Source: an uncultured Acidimicrobiaceae bacterium
Lineage (GTDB): Bacteria; Actinomycetota; Acidimicrobiia; Acidimicrobiales; Bog-793
Direction of reading: 5' to 3'
NCBI GenBank assembly: GCA_963831155.1
Contig: CAWHOY010000007.1
Location: forward strand, 68,800-132,799
DNA length: 64,000 nucleotides
The notes beneath the pieces were generated by a model, which ran no database searches, was not told where the DNA came from, and saw only the letters and a list, made by a program, of their open reading frames with translations. Below, one piece after another: positions 10,086-19,881 of this stretch; the first letter of the stretch is position 1, and each line of letters starts with the position of its first letter. The position numbers and the translations under genes were made by a program.

Positions 10086-10496
10086 TTGGAGTTCTTTTCA
10101 CCGCGTGGCTGGACGATCGCTAAGAACGATCTTCCGGTAGTCAGGATGGGTCCCGGCCAGGCACAGTGTGCACAGTGGGAAGGCTTCTTGATTGAGTTCG
10201 CGCGCGTCCCCGCCGGTTTCCCACCAGGTGGTGACGCCGCATGGCAAGGTCTGCCGAACAACCTCTGTCAATGCCCGCACTGGGGATATCTGGTCACAGG
10301 AAAGGCACTGCTCCGCTTGGCAGACGGGACTGAGACGGTGATAAACGGCGGCGATCTCTACCATTGCCCGCCGGGTCACAAGCTCTACGCGATCGAAGAT
10401 TTCGAACTCATCGAGTTCAATCCGGTGACCTCGATGTCGGGTGCAGCGATCCAATCCTTCACTACGAACCTCGACAAAGAACAGCACCAAGGATAG
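10086..10496 (+). CDS. small cupin, CQCPH family, paralog 2
   Basis: 136 aa with a TTG start after an AGGGAGGG RBS. CQCPHWGY, GDLYHCPPGH, FELIEFNP. Confidence 0.7.
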   Translation: MEFFSPRGWTIAKNDLPVVRMGPGQAQCAQWEGFLIEFARVPAGFPPGGDAAWQGLPNNLCQCPHWGYLVTGKALLRLADGTETVINGGDLYHCPPGHKLYAIEDFELIEFNPVTSMSGAAIQSFTTNLDKEQHQG

Positions 10497-10509
10497 AGGT
10501 GAGGATTCG

Positions 10510-10851
10510 ATGCCTCGTGCGGTATTACTCGTGCATACGCGGCCGGCAGGACCCACGCGCGAAGGGGAATATCTCGACTGGTATGAGAACATCCACATCC
10601 CCGAGGTGTGTCAGGTGCCCGGAATCCTTTCTGGTCGACATTTTCGGATAAGTGGTTCACAAATGAATGGAGCAAATCCGGACCAGACGGCACGTCCCTA
10701 TTTAACAATATACGAGATCTCATCAGCTAATATCGCAACAACTTTTGGTGAGATGGCAAGGCGTCGCGTCGACGGTACATTTCAAATGAGTTATGCCCTA
10801 GAGATGGATCCCCCGCCCGTGTCCACTTGTTACGAATTGTGCGGCCCCTAG
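10510..10851 (+). CDS. EthD/DUF4286-like ferredoxin-fold protein
   Basis: MPRAVLLVHTRP...EYLDWYENIHIPEVCQVPGILSGRHFRI resembles that family. An RBS precedes ATG 10510. The family assignment is tentative. Confidence 0.45.
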   Translation: MPRAVLLVHTRPAGPTREGEYLDWYENIHIPEVCQVPGILSGRHFRISGSQMNGANPDQTARPYLTIYEISSANIATTFGEMARRRVDGTFQMSYALEMDPPPVSTCYELCGP

Positions 10852-11096
10852 AAGCGGGCGCCTTGTCATCGGTTCTTCCGCGCGTCGATCGGCGAGAAGC
10901 TTGGCAACTTTCGAGCCGTCCGACTTCGCGCCGGCACACTCGCTGCCAGTCGCTTTTCCCGTGCGCCAGAGCTCGTCATCGACACGGCGGTGGCAGATTG
11001 CAACCTCGCGAGGGGACGGCCAAGAAGGCAAACGGAAGATCCCATACGGACCACCAATCCCACCGAACTTCGCGGGCCGCTGGAAAGGAGACTCCG

Positions 11097-11819
11097 TTAT
11101 TCGACAGTTGAGGAGCGATCGCCCAAATAGCTAGTCATTAGGAAGATTGAGTCATCGCGAAGAACTTCGGCCGGGTCCTCTCGAACGATTACGCCGTGCG
11201 AGAGTACGTAGGCTCGATCTGCAACTTCGAGCGCTCGCTCCACTTGCTGTTCAACGATCACGACGCCAGCTCCCGCATCCAAAGCGAACCGACGAATGAC
11301 AGGGAAGAGATTGTCGAGGACGACTGGGGCGAGACCGAGGGAAAGTTCGTCGAGCACTAATAGGGTGCACTTACTGCAGAGGGCGCGAGCTACGGCCAGC
11401 ATCTGCTGCTCTCCGCCGGATAGCAGGCCGACTCGGCGATTGCGCAGATTCCGAAGGGCTGGAAAGTACATAAACGCCTCATCAGGATCGAGCCGTGTCC
11501 CTCCAAAGCCAAGTCGAAAATGGTCGGCGACGGTGAGCCCAAAGAAGATCCCGCGCCCTTCGGGTACGTGCGCGAGTCCTTTCCGTGCGACTAAGTGAGG
11601 AGGTACCCGACTGATGTCTTTGCCATCGAATATAACTGCGCCGCTCATTGGTCGTATAAGTCCCGAAACCACTCGAAGTGTCGTGGTTTTTCCCGCGCCG
11701 TTGCTTCCAAGCAGCGCAACGACCTCGCCCTTCTCAACGTGCAAATCCAAATCCCGGAGCACCGCCGCGCCGCCGTACCCGGCGGTTATTCGTTCTAATC
11801 GCAATACGTCGTCACTCAT
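11097..11819 (-). CDS. livF: branched-chain amino acid/amide-type ABC transporter ATP-binding protein (LivF-like)
   Basis: 240 aa with GSNGAGKTT Walker A, LSGGEQQML signature and LLVLDELSLGL Walker B. Confidence 0.85.
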   Translation of the reverse strand: MSDDVLRLERITAGYGGAAVLRDLDLHVEKGEVVALLGSNGAGKTTTLRVVSGLIRPMSGAVIFDGKDISRVPPHLVARKGLAHVPEGRGIFFGLTVADHFRLGFGGTRLDPDEAFMYFPALRNLRNRRVGLLSGGEQQMLAVARALCSKCTLLVLDELSLGLAPVVLDNLFPVIRRFALDAGAGVVIVEQQVERALEVADRAYVLSHGVIVREDPAEVLRDDSIFLMTSYLGDRSSTVE

Positions 11820-12645
11820 ACTGCGCCTTCGAATTAGATGCTTTGGCCACCTCGGCCGTGCGAATCGGAGATTTCAAGACGGACTCGCCAAGGTACGCCT
11901 CTATGACGACTGGATTTTCCCTGATTTCCCGCGGACTTCCCTCAGCTATAATCTTCCCAAAATCGAGCACATAGACGTAATCGCACACAGTCAGCACCAA
12001 ACCCATATTGTGGTCGATGAGCAAAGTTGCGATCCCGCTCTTCGCGATGCCGCGAAGGCGCGAACCAAGGATCTGGCTCTCGTTAACGTCGAGACCAGCG
12101 GCAGGCTCGTCGAGACAGATGACCAGCGGAAGTGCCGCTAGGGCGCGGGCGACCCCGACTAGCTTCCTTTGGCTCAACGTCAGATCCGGCGGGTAACTCT
12201 TCTCAAGCGGAATCAAGCCGAGTATCTCAAGAGCGCGGTCAGCGGACGGAACATCCAAATTCCGCCCAGCGACAGCAGAAGCCACGAGGTGCACTAGAGG
12301 CGGGAGCCCGCAAGCTACCGTCACGTTTTCTCGGACGCTGAGATCATCGAATAATTCAGTTGATTGCCAAGTGCGTGCCAAACCTAGGCGAGCCCGGTGA
12401 TTCGGAGTGTGCTTGGTTATTTCAGTGTCACAAAGCATGGTCCGGCCGCTGGCAGGTGAGAATCCCGTTATCGCGTCAATGAATGTCGTCTTTCCCGCAC
12501 CATTCGGGCCGATCAAGCCAACAAGTTCGCCCTTCCGAACGTCGACACTTGCGTTGTCGAGAGCGTGAACGCCCCCGTACCGCACCGTCAGCGCTTCTGT
12601 ACGTAATACGACTTCTTCGTCACTCCGTACGCTTCTGTACGTCAA
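11812..12645 (-). CDS. livG: ABC transporter ATP-binding protein (LivG-like)
   Basis: 277 aa with GPNGAGKTT, LSQRKLVGVARAL and VICLDEPAAGL. It overlaps livF. Confidence 0.85.
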   Translation of the reverse strand: MTYRSVRSDEEVVLRTEALTVRYGGVHALDNASVDVRKGELVGLIGPNGAGKTTFIDAITGFSPASGRTMLCDTEITKHTPNHRARLGLARTWQSTELFDDLSVRENVTVACGLPPLVHLVASAVAGRNLDVPSADRALEILGLIPLEKSYPPDLTLSQRKLVGVARALAALPLVICLDEPAAGLDVNESQILGSRLRGIAKSGIATLLIDHNMGLVLTVCDYVYVLDFGKIIAEGSPREIRENPVVIEAYLGESVLKSPIRTAEVAKASNSKAQYE

Positions 12646-14714
12646 TCCGCCGCCTTTTCGATCACGACTGGCGACTTTGAGAGATAATTCGAACCTCTTG
12701 TGTGCCGCCTTACTAGCCGAACGATGAGTCTCGCCAAAAGGACCACCGGCTGTTCGCGCAGCGGCACGAGCGCAGCGCCGTTCGGCAGAGTAGTGACTGA
12801 CACTATGAGTCCGATTCCGCCCATTATCAGTAGGTAGTCTGGGGACAGGTGGAGCCAGTTCGCCATTGCTAGCGCTCCGAGAGCCCCCGGGGTAAGAACT
12901 CCGCCAATCATTGCCCCGCGGACCGTCGTGATCCCGCCTAGATACGCGAATGCCACTATCTCAAGAGCGACCGTCGTATCGAACGCGTTCGGTGTGACCG
13001 ACGAGAAATCGTACGCGTAGAGCACTCCAGCCACAGCCGCGATGAGAGACGAAATCGCGATCGCCAAGAGCTTGATTCGGCGGGGACTTATGCCGACCGC
13101 CGCGGCAGCTCGCTCGTTCGACCTAACGGCCAACATCCGTTGGCCAAGCGCGCTACGACGCAGGCTGGCGACGAAGACGCCAAAGACTGTAAAGGTCGCC
13201 AAGCAGACGAACCCGAACGTTGGAGTCGGGACCAAGTGACCGAACCCAGGGAAAGCCCCAGTCGGGCCAAGATTCAGACCGAACAGTCGCGGCGCTGGAA
13301 CCGCGATCCCGGTACCTTCACCGGCGCCCCACGAAATGTTGTCGAGCACGAAGTTCTCGATAGCCACCATGCCCGCAACGGTCAGGATCGCGAGCTGTAC
13401 ACCTCGAACACGAAACGCTGGCAAAGCCACGATTACGCCGAACACCGTGGCCACTGTGATTCCAATGAGAGGGGCAAGCGGGAAACCTATTCCGGCATTC
13501 GTCGCAAGTTTTGAAACCACGACGCCGGCGATGCCTGCGAGCCCAACCTGGAACAAGGACACTTGTCCTACAAAGCCAGTGATCACGACCAACGACAAGC
13601 AGATGAGCGCTCCAATTAGTGAGTTGATAAGAGCCTCTCGCACGCCGGTCGATACGGTAAGAATCGCTATTGACCCGACCAGTACGCCTAGCAGCGCAGG
13701 CAAACCGATTCGACGCGCGCTAGGGGCGATGGGCAGTCGCGCCTCAACGAGCGTTCCGCGGACGGGGATCGTGCGACCCGCGAGCAACAGCACCGCGAGA
13801 ATGACCACGAAGTAAACAAGGTCCGCGACGCCCGGTAACGAGGTGCCGGCGGCACTTGGAAACCATGGTTTGGTCTGAAGATAAATGAGTTCCGACTGAA
13901 TGATCCCCATGCCGAGACCAGCGGCCGCGGCGACGGCGAACGACGTAAATCTTGCAATCAACGCTGCACCAAGAGCAGGAATAACCGCGAAGGCGATTGT
14001 GGTCGGGTCCAACTGGGAAGTCGGCGCCACGAGGATGCCGACAGCGCCAGCTAAGACGAAGCCGAGAAGCGTGTTAACTAGTGAGATACGTTGTGGTCCT
14101 AAACCAGTCAGCACCGCGGCCGATTCGTTCTCCGCGACTGCGCGCGTCGCGAGTCCGAACCGCGTGAATCGAAATATCGCGCCCAAGATTGCGGCTATCG
14201 CAATCACGATGCCTGTGAGAATGAATCGGTCATCTGGAACCGCGGTGCCAAACACATGAACCACGTCCGATACGCCAGACGGCAATACACTCGGCGCCGA
14301 TTGGCCGAACGGACCGAATTGTTGGACCGCGATTGCTTGAATGGTTAGGAGGAGTCCAAGCGATGCCACTAACTTCGCCAGTGGCGAAGAAGCTCGCAAC
14401 CGCCCGACGACAAAGCGATCAAACAGCCAGCCAACGACCGCACACATAGCCAAGGCAAGGCAAAATGCCGGCAGCGCAGGCAAATTTCCACCCACACCGA
14501 TAAGCGGAACCCCAGGAAGCGGTACGAAGAGCGACCCAAGCGTTCGCAGGGTGTAGTAGTCGTACGCGCCCAGCGTCGCGATGGCGCCTGTTGCGAGATT
14601 GATGACGCCTGAGCCCTGGTAGTTCAGAATGAGGCTAAACGAGAAACCCGAGATCAGGGCGCCCGTTCCGAGTCCGAGAACCGCAAAGAGTCCGAGTTGT
14701 TCCAGTACGTTCAC
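12642..14714 (-). CDS. fused LivH/LivM-type ABC permease
   Basis: 690 aa, highly hydrophobic throughout. It is about twice the size of a single Liv permease, and there is no second permease gene in the operon. Confidence 0.75.
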   Translation of the reverse strand: MNVLEQLGLFAVLGLGTGALISGFSFSLILNYQGSGVINLATGAIATLGAYDYYTLRTLGSLFVPLPGVPLIGVGGNLPALPAFCLALAMCAVVGWLFDRFVVGRLRASSPLAKLVASLGLLLTIQAIAVQQFGPFGQSAPSVLPSGVSDVVHVFGTAVPDDRFILTGIVIAIAAILGAIFRFTRFGLATRAVAENESAAVLTGLGPQRISLVNTLLGFVLAGAVGILVAPTSQLDPTTIAFAVIPALGAALIARFTSFAVAAAAGLGMGIIQSELIYLQTKPWFPSAAGTSLPGVADLVYFVVILAVLLLAGRTIPVRGTLVEARLPIAPSARRIGLPALLGVLVGSIAILTVSTGVREALINSLIGALICLSLVVITGFVGQVSLFQVGLAGIAGVVVSKLATNAGIGFPLAPLIGITVATVFGVIVALPAFRVRGVQLAILTVAGMVAIENFVLDNISWGAGEGTGIAVPAPRLFGLNLGPTGAFPGFGHLVPTPTFGFVCLATFTVFGVFVASLRRSALGQRMLAVRSNERAAAAVGISPRRIKLLAIAISSLIAAVAGVLYAYDFSSVTPNAFDTTVALEIVAFAYLGGITTVRGAMIGGVLTPGALGALAMANWLHLSPDYLLIMGGIGLIVSVTTLPNGAALVPLREQPVVLLARLIVRLVRRHTRGSNYLSKSPVVIEKAAD

Positions 14715-14752
14715 AGCTCGGGCTCTTTGCGATTTGAAACTATTGTCAGCCT

Positions 14753-16072
14753 CTACGGGATGGGCGCACTAACAAAGTGGCCGTCATTGTCGGCCTTGTA
14801 CTTGTTGTTGCCAAGATACGTGTAGAACAACCCTCGGGTCGATCCAATTGTTGCGAACGGGGGAACGCCAAACTTGATGTGTGGGTCGCCCATCCACATG
14901 GGACCGGTAAATGTGGCCGCCTTATGGATAATGGCAGAAGCGGTGTATTTGTTTTGGGCTACCAACTGATTCAACCAATGCGCAACAGTGAGGATCATGC
15001 CAAATGTCAATGGCGCGTATCCGCTATTCAGAAGGTTTGGGTTCCCATATCTGTCCATCGCCGCGACGTAGGCAGCTGTATCTGAATCCGGCGCATAGTG
15101 GGCCAGGTAGTTCAGGTTCGTGAACACGTAAGTCCATTTTGGATAATCTCCCAGTCCTTTTTTCACACCAGGTTGCAGACAAAAGGAGAGGGCTACCGTC
15201 GGCTTGTGAATGCCAAGCTGATTGAGGGCCTTATCCACGGCGATGCATTCGCCAGTCGTGGACAACGCAAGAAAAGTGGCACCGTCGGACGCGGCTCCCG
15301 AAGCTGCGATCGCGGAAATTAGGTCGGTTGAGGCCGGCGGGAACTCGACGACCGTCGATGAGACGCCAAGTGCTCCGAATAGTTCCTTGAACATCGCGAG
15401 CACTCCTGCTACCGCAGGAAGATCGGGGCCGATCATGGCGACTGACTTCACGCCAACGATTTTGGCGAGATACGTGACGAGCGAGAGCTGCGAATAGATC
15501 CCTCCATCAACGTAGAACGCATTCTTCGCCGTTAAGCCCGGTCCGTCGGTGAAAACACCGATCACTGGCTTCGCTCCAGCCATCGAATCCGTGAAGTTTG
15601 CTTCGCCTGTAAGCAACTCCCCTTCCGTTACCACTTTGACGGCATGGTTATTGATCATCTGTTGCGCGCACGAAGTGCCTTGCGCGTCAGAAGTGGTGAT
15701 GTCGCAAGTGACAAGCTTTAAAGGGTGCCCGTCGATGCCGTCAAGGTCGTCGTTGATGAAGGCGACCGCTGCATCCACGGCGCTCTGGTTCCCGGGATGC
15801 CCGGTGAGAGCAGTCTGATCGCTGACCCATCCGATCGAAATCGGCGATTTCTTGGGATCGGCGGCTCCTGGGGTGCCACCGTCATACTTGAGTGCGGCCT
15901 TCAACGCGGCTGACGGAAACGGCGGTTTGCCTGACGCGGCCGAACTCGAAACCGTCGCGACCACCGTCGCGCATGAAGCCGCCAAAACGGTCGCGAGCGT
16001 GAACGCGAACAGACCACGCCTACGTGGTTTCGTTGGCTGCATCTTCCGTCCGCTCGTCACTTCTGCCCCCAT
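14753..16072 (-). CDS. ABC transporter periplasmic substrate-binding protein (LivJ/K-like type I fold)
   Basis: 439 aa. The N-terminal RRRGLFAFTLATVLAASCA signal/lipobox-like region (alternative start 16042) and its position as first gene of the ABC operon support the call. Confidence 0.7.
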   Translation of the reverse strand: MGAEVTSGRKMQPTKPRRRGLFAFTLATVLAASCATVVATVSSSAASGKPPFPSAALKAALKYDGGTPGAADPKKSPISIGWVSDQTALTGHPGNQSAVDAAVAFINDDLDGIDGHPLKLVTCDITTSDAQGTSCAQQMINNHAVKVVTEGELLTGEANFTDSMAGAKPVIGVFTDGPGLTAKNAFYVDGGIYSQLSLVTYLAKIVGVKSVAMIGPDLPAVAGVLAMFKELFGALGVSSTVVEFPPASTDLISAIAASGAASDGATFLALSTTGECIAVDKALNQLGIHKPTVALSFCLQPGVKKGLGDYPKWTYVFTNLNYLAHYAPDSDTAAYVAAMDRYGNPNLLNSGYAPLTFGMILTVAHWLNQLVAQNKYTASAIIHKAATFTGPMWMGDPHIKFGVPPFATIGSTRGLFYTYLGNNKYKADNDGHFVSAPIP

Positions 16073-16138
16073 GACCCTTACCTCCCCCGATGGGGCCTGC
16101 GTCGCGAAGATGCCTTCGCGCGCTGGCTGCTATTCCAA

Positions 16139-16152
16139 ATGTAGTATACTAC
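16139..16152. promoter_or_regulatory. operator-like palindromic box S2 (ATGTAGTATACTAC)
   Basis: Exact 14-mer identity with the S1 reverse complement. It lies 67 nt upstream of the ABC-operon start codon at 16072. Confidence 0.55.
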
Positions 16153-16256
16153 GGGTTTACGTTCGTTTAGCGTCTGGTCTCGCTCCGGTCGCGTCCGAGA
16201 AACGGCAGTCCGTCCGCTCACGTTCTCGGTCGCACCCTAATCGAGTCCTCGACATC

Positions 16257-16985
16257 TCAACTTGGCGAGGGCGTTGTCTGCGAGACCCGAACGGCGAGGA
16301 TATTGATGACTTCCTCGCTGAACGCCGGGAATCCGATCGACATGCCGATCTTCCTCACATCAGCATCGTGGTTCGGACCTGGCGGTCCGCAACAATCGGC
16401 TACGAGAACAACGCCATAGTCGCGAGCCATTGCGTCTCGACAAGTAGCCTCAACGCAACCCGATGTCGCCCGGCCAGTCATCAGGACGGTAGTGATGGCG
16501 GCCGCATTCAAGACTTTCTCCAGGTCGGTTCTGAAAAATCCGCTGGGTCGCGTCTTGAGGATCACGGGTTCGCCAGGAAGAGGTTCGAGGCCGGCGGAAA
16601 TTCGTTCCACCCACTCGCCCTCATAAGTGCTACGTAGGCACGTCGTTTTCCAAAAGCGCGAATCCGTCGCTTCTGTTAAGCGGGATGGCACCCAAACAAC
16701 GGGGATGTTCAAGGAGCGACATCGCCCGATGAGATTCCGAAGGGCTGGAATCTCGTCCAGGTCCGGGTCTCCCGGATACATGGGACCAGCGGGGTTGTAA
16801 GGCGGTAGAGAACTGACGTCGATGCCATTCTGAACGGCAATCCACCGTGAAACGTTTGACTCCCGGTGAGTGAATTCTTCTTGCATATCGACGATGACCA
16901 AACCCGTATGTTCAGGGTCGAGCCACTCCCGAAGTACGCGCATCCGATTCACGGTGGGCACCGCGAAAGTATCTAGGTTGGCCAT
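16257..16985 (-). CDS. isochorismatase-family cysteine hydrolase, copy 2
   Basis: 242 aa. GLVIVDMQ and VLMTGRATSGCVEATCRDA match the family. Confidence 0.75.
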   Translation of the reverse strand: MANLDTFAVPTVNRMRVLREWLDPEHTGLVIVDMQEEFTHRESNVSRWIAVQNGIDVSSLPPYNPAGPMYPGDPDLDEIPALRNLIGRCRSLNIPVVWVPSRLTEATDSRFWKTTCLRSTYEGEWVERISAGLEPLPGEPVILKTRPSGFFRTDLEKVLNAAAITTVLMTGRATSGCVEATCRDAMARDYGVVLVADCCGPPGPNHDADVRKIGMSIGFPAFSEEVINILAVRVSQTTPSPS

Positions 16986-17108
16986 ATTCTCTCCTGAGAG
17001 AGCCGCAAAAGCTGACGGCTAATGGATCGATTAGATCGATACATGCGCCTCCCTCTGGCGAATCGCGGCACGACGGAGCAGAGCCGTGTGGTAGCGAGCG
17101 GAACTCGC

Positions 17109-17122
17109 ATGTAACATACTAG
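17109..17122. promoter_or_regulatory. operator-like box S3 (ATGTAACATACTAG)
   Basis: It lies in the divergent intergenic region between two isochorismatase-like genes, ending 18 nt upstream of ATG 17141. Confidence 0.5.
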
Positions 17123-17140
17123 CTCGAGGATGCCCTTGAG

Positions 17141-17890
17141 ATGGCGGACCTGGAATGTCAGGGTTTGGAGCGACCAGTGGCGAAGCACATATGGGATGAC
17201 TTCATCACTACCCAGGATCGCCAGGTCTACGGCAGCGGCGTCTTCGGCGGGAGCGTCGGAATCGGCAAACGCCCGGCAGTCCTTGTCATCGATGTTCTCA
17301 ACAAGAGCATCGGCGACGAGCCGCTGCCGATCCTCGAGGCGATAAAGCGCTTCGGCAGGTCCTGTTGCGGCGAGTACGGCTGGGCGACTATCCCGAAGAT
17401 CCACGCGATCCTCGTGGCCGCGCACGACGCCGCGTTGCCCGTCTTCTACACGACCCCCCAAGATCCCGAGGAGCGGCCGCCCGAAACCTTCCGCCGCTTC
17501 GATGAGAAGATGCCGAACTGGTACGACTACTCGGGCAAACGGGCGGGCTACGCCTTCGCCGACGAGATCGCCCCGATCGCCGGCGATCACATCTTCCACA
17601 AACCGACGGCGAGCTCGTTCTACCTCACCGATTTCGAGGACCAGCTTCACAAAATGGACGTCGACACGCTCATCGTCACCGGCTGCGCGACAAGCGGATG
17701 CGTCCGTGCCTCGGTCGTCGACGCACACGCACGTGGCTTCAAGGTGAACGTCATCGAGGACGCTGTTTTCGACCGCGGCCAAGTGACTCACGCCATGAAC
17801 CTCTTCGACATGCAGGCGAAGTACGCCGACGTGATCGATGCCGAGGAGGCTGTCCGCCGAATCGAGGCGGCCGCAACCAACTCGCAATGA
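17141..17890 (+). CDS. isochorismatase-family cysteine hydrolase, copy 3
   Basis: 249 aa. PAVLVIDV, HKPTASSF and LIVTGCATSGCVRASVVDA match the family. Confidence 0.8.
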   Translation: MADLECQGLERPVAKHIWDDFITTQDRQVYGSGVFGGSVGIGKRPAVLVIDVLNKSIGDEPLPILEAIKRFGRSCCGEYGWATIPKIHAILVAAHDAALPVFYTTPQDPEERPPETFRRFDEKMPNWYDYSGKRAGYAFADEIAPIAGDHIFHKPTASSFYLTDFEDQLHKMDVDTLIVTGCATSGCVRASVVDAHARGFKVNVIEDAVFDRGQVTHAMNLFDMQAKYADVIDAEEAVRRIEAAATNSQ

Positions 17891-18690
17891 CGCCTTCGAG
17901 CCGAAGCGAGCCACAACCGGTGGCGCCGACCACGTGTCGGCGCTACGTCGGCCGCACCGCGATCATCACCGGCGCGGGCGCGGGCATCGGCAAGGCGACC
18001 GCCGATCGGATCCTCACTGAAGGCGGGAGCGTCTTCATCACCGACCGCAACAAGGAAGCTCTCGCCGCTGCCGTCGAGGATCTCTCAGAACGCGGCGGCG
18101 CCGTCCACTCTTCGGTGAAAGACGTTTCCTCGGAGGAAGATTGGGAACGCTGCATTGCCGAAGCTCGCGACGCGTTCTCCAAGCTCGACGTGCTCGTCAA
18201 CAACGCCGGCTTCAGTCACGTCGGGATTATCACCGAATACCCGGCCGAAGATTGGAAGACCCTGCACGAAACACAGCTCTTCGGCACCTTCCTCGGCATC
18301 AAGCACTCGATTCCCCTTTTGCGCGAAGGCGGCGGCGGCGCCATCGTCAACGTCGCCTCCTCGATGGGATTGATGGGCTTTCCTCACATCCCCGCCTATT
18401 CAGCCGCCAAGGGTGGAGTGATCGCCCTCACGCGCCAGGTGGCGCTCGACTTCGCGCCGGACAAGATCCGGGTGAACTGCGTCTGCCCCGGACCGACGCG
18501 AACTGAACGGCTCCGCGGGATCGTTGAGTCCGGCGACGTCGATGAGAACTACCTGATCGGGAACGTGCCACTCGGTCGGTGGGCGCACCCGAGCGAAGTC
18601 GCGGCCGTCATCGCTTTCCTCGGAAGCGATGACGCTTCCTTCGTCACCGGTGCAGCTCTCCCCGTCGACGGAGGACAGACGTCGCACTGA
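17887..18690 (+). CDS. SDR-family oxidoreductase
   Basis: TAIITGAGAGIGKATA, NNAG and YSAAKGG. The ATG at 17887 overlaps the upstream TGA (ATGA). Confidence 0.85.
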   Translation: MTPSSRSEPQPVAPTTCRRYVGRTAIITGAGAGIGKATADRILTEGGSVFITDRNKEALAAAVEDLSERGGAVHSSVKDVSSEEDWERCIAEARDAFSKLDVLVNNAGFSHVGIITEYPAEDWKTLHETQLFGTFLGIKHSIPLLREGGGGAIVNVASSMGLMGFPHIPAYSAAKGGVIALTRQVALDFAPDKIRVNCVCPGPTRTERLRGIVESGDVDENYLIGNVPLGRWAHPSEVAAVIAFLGSDDASFVTGAALPVDGGQTSH

Positions 18691-19541
18691 TCCGCTTCGG
18701 CCACGTCGCAAATCCGTTCTCGACACCAGTCAGTCGCGCCATCGACGACGGGGCCTTCGCCGCTTCCGGCATCGAAGTCGAGGTCACGCGCCTTCGAAAC
18801 GGTTCGGAGGTCGCGGAACTGCTCGACGGCGGCCGGCTCGACGCCGGTCTCGGAGGACACCTGCAGACTCTCGCGGCGGCGCTCTCCGGATCTGACCAGG
18901 CGTTCTTCTCGGCGGTCGGGTTCGAACAGGCACCAGACCACCTCCCGGTGACATTGACAGTCAGTGCCGACGGCCCGGCGAGAGGAATCGTCGACGGTGC
19001 AACTGTCGCGATGAGTGCTCGGGCGGCGATCAGCGATTTGCAGGTGCGCATCTTCTCGGCCGCAGAGGGACTGGAGTATGAATCGCTTCGCATCGTGACG
19101 ATGCCCTTCACCGAGATGCAGGCGGCGTTCGAAAAGGGCGAGATCGATGCTGCGTCGGTGCCGGATCCGTTTGCCGCGCAGATCGAGAGCTCGGGAGTCG
19201 GAGTGATCATCGACCGTGGCACGCTCAGCAGAAAGATGCCAGCGATTGGCCGCGTGATGATCACCGGGCTCGTCTCGACAAAGCGATGGATCGAGGAGCA
19301 TCACGACCTCGCGACCCGGTTCGCTGAGGTCATCGGTCAGGTCATCGCCGCCGCTCCCCCGCCAAGAGATGGCAGCGCTGTGCGAAGTTCGCGTATGCAC
19401 GAGCCGACGTTCGACACCCGACTGCGCGTCGCGGATCTGCAGCTCGCGTTCGACCTCGCCGCCGGCTATGGCGTCGTCGCAGACAGCGTTGCCGCCGAGG
19501 TGCTGATCGCACCACCTGGGTTCGAAACAAGTCGCCACTGA
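18687..19541 (+). CDS. NMT1/THI5 (SsuA/TauA)-like binding-protein fold, no signal peptide; non-canonical start inferred
   Basis: The frame is open from 18633. Codons 18690-18947 read IRFGHVANPFSTPVSRAIDDGAFAASGIEVEV..., a typical N-terminus for this fold. The first ATG/GTG/TTG is only at 18948. CTG 18687 overlaps the SDR stop (CTGA). Confidence 0.55.
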   Translation: MIRFGHVANPFSTPVSRAIDDGAFAASGIEVEVTRLRNGSEVAELLDGGRLDAGLGGHLQTLAAALSGSDQAFFSAVGFEQAPDHLPVTLTVSADGPARGIVDGATVAMSARAAISDLQVRIFSAAEGLEYESLRIVTMPFTEMQAAFEKGEIDAASVPDPFAAQIESSGVGVIIDRGTLSRKMPAIGRVMITGLVSTKRWIEEHHDLATRFAEVIGQVIAAAPPPRDGSAVRSSRMHEPTFDTRLRVADLQLAFDLAAGYGVVADSVAAEVLIAPPGFETSRH

Positions 19542-19554
19542 TCGCGAGGTTCTG

Positions 19555-19881
19555 ATGTCTCAGTACGTCATCATCGCCAGTCATCGACCCGACCTCTGCC
19601 CCATCTCAAACGCGACGGTGCGCGCCCGGGTCACTGCCGGCATGTCACAGCTCAAGTCCGAGCGGGCACCATCTACTGGCGTCACCTTCACGGTTGACCC
19701 GGTCCACTTGGACCCGAGCCACCGGACGATTGCATTCGTCGAAGCGCCGAACATCGAAGCCGTCACCAAGCTCGTCTCGACCATCGGACTGTCGCAGTGG
19801 AATGAGGTCGAGGTTTGGCCGGCGACGCCGACCTTCGAACTGTTCTCGAATCTCGACGATGTTCCGCCGCTGTTCTCGTGA
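19555..19881 (+). CDS. hypothetical small protein (possibly DUF3303-like)
   Basis: 108-aa ORF placed tightly within the operon. No motif was recognised with confidence. Confidence 0.4.
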   Translation: MSQYVIIASHRPDLCPISNATVRARVTAGMSQLKSERAPSTGVTFTVDPVHLDPSHRTIAFVEAPNIEAVTKLVSTIGLSQWNEVEVWPATPTFELFSNLDDVPPLFS

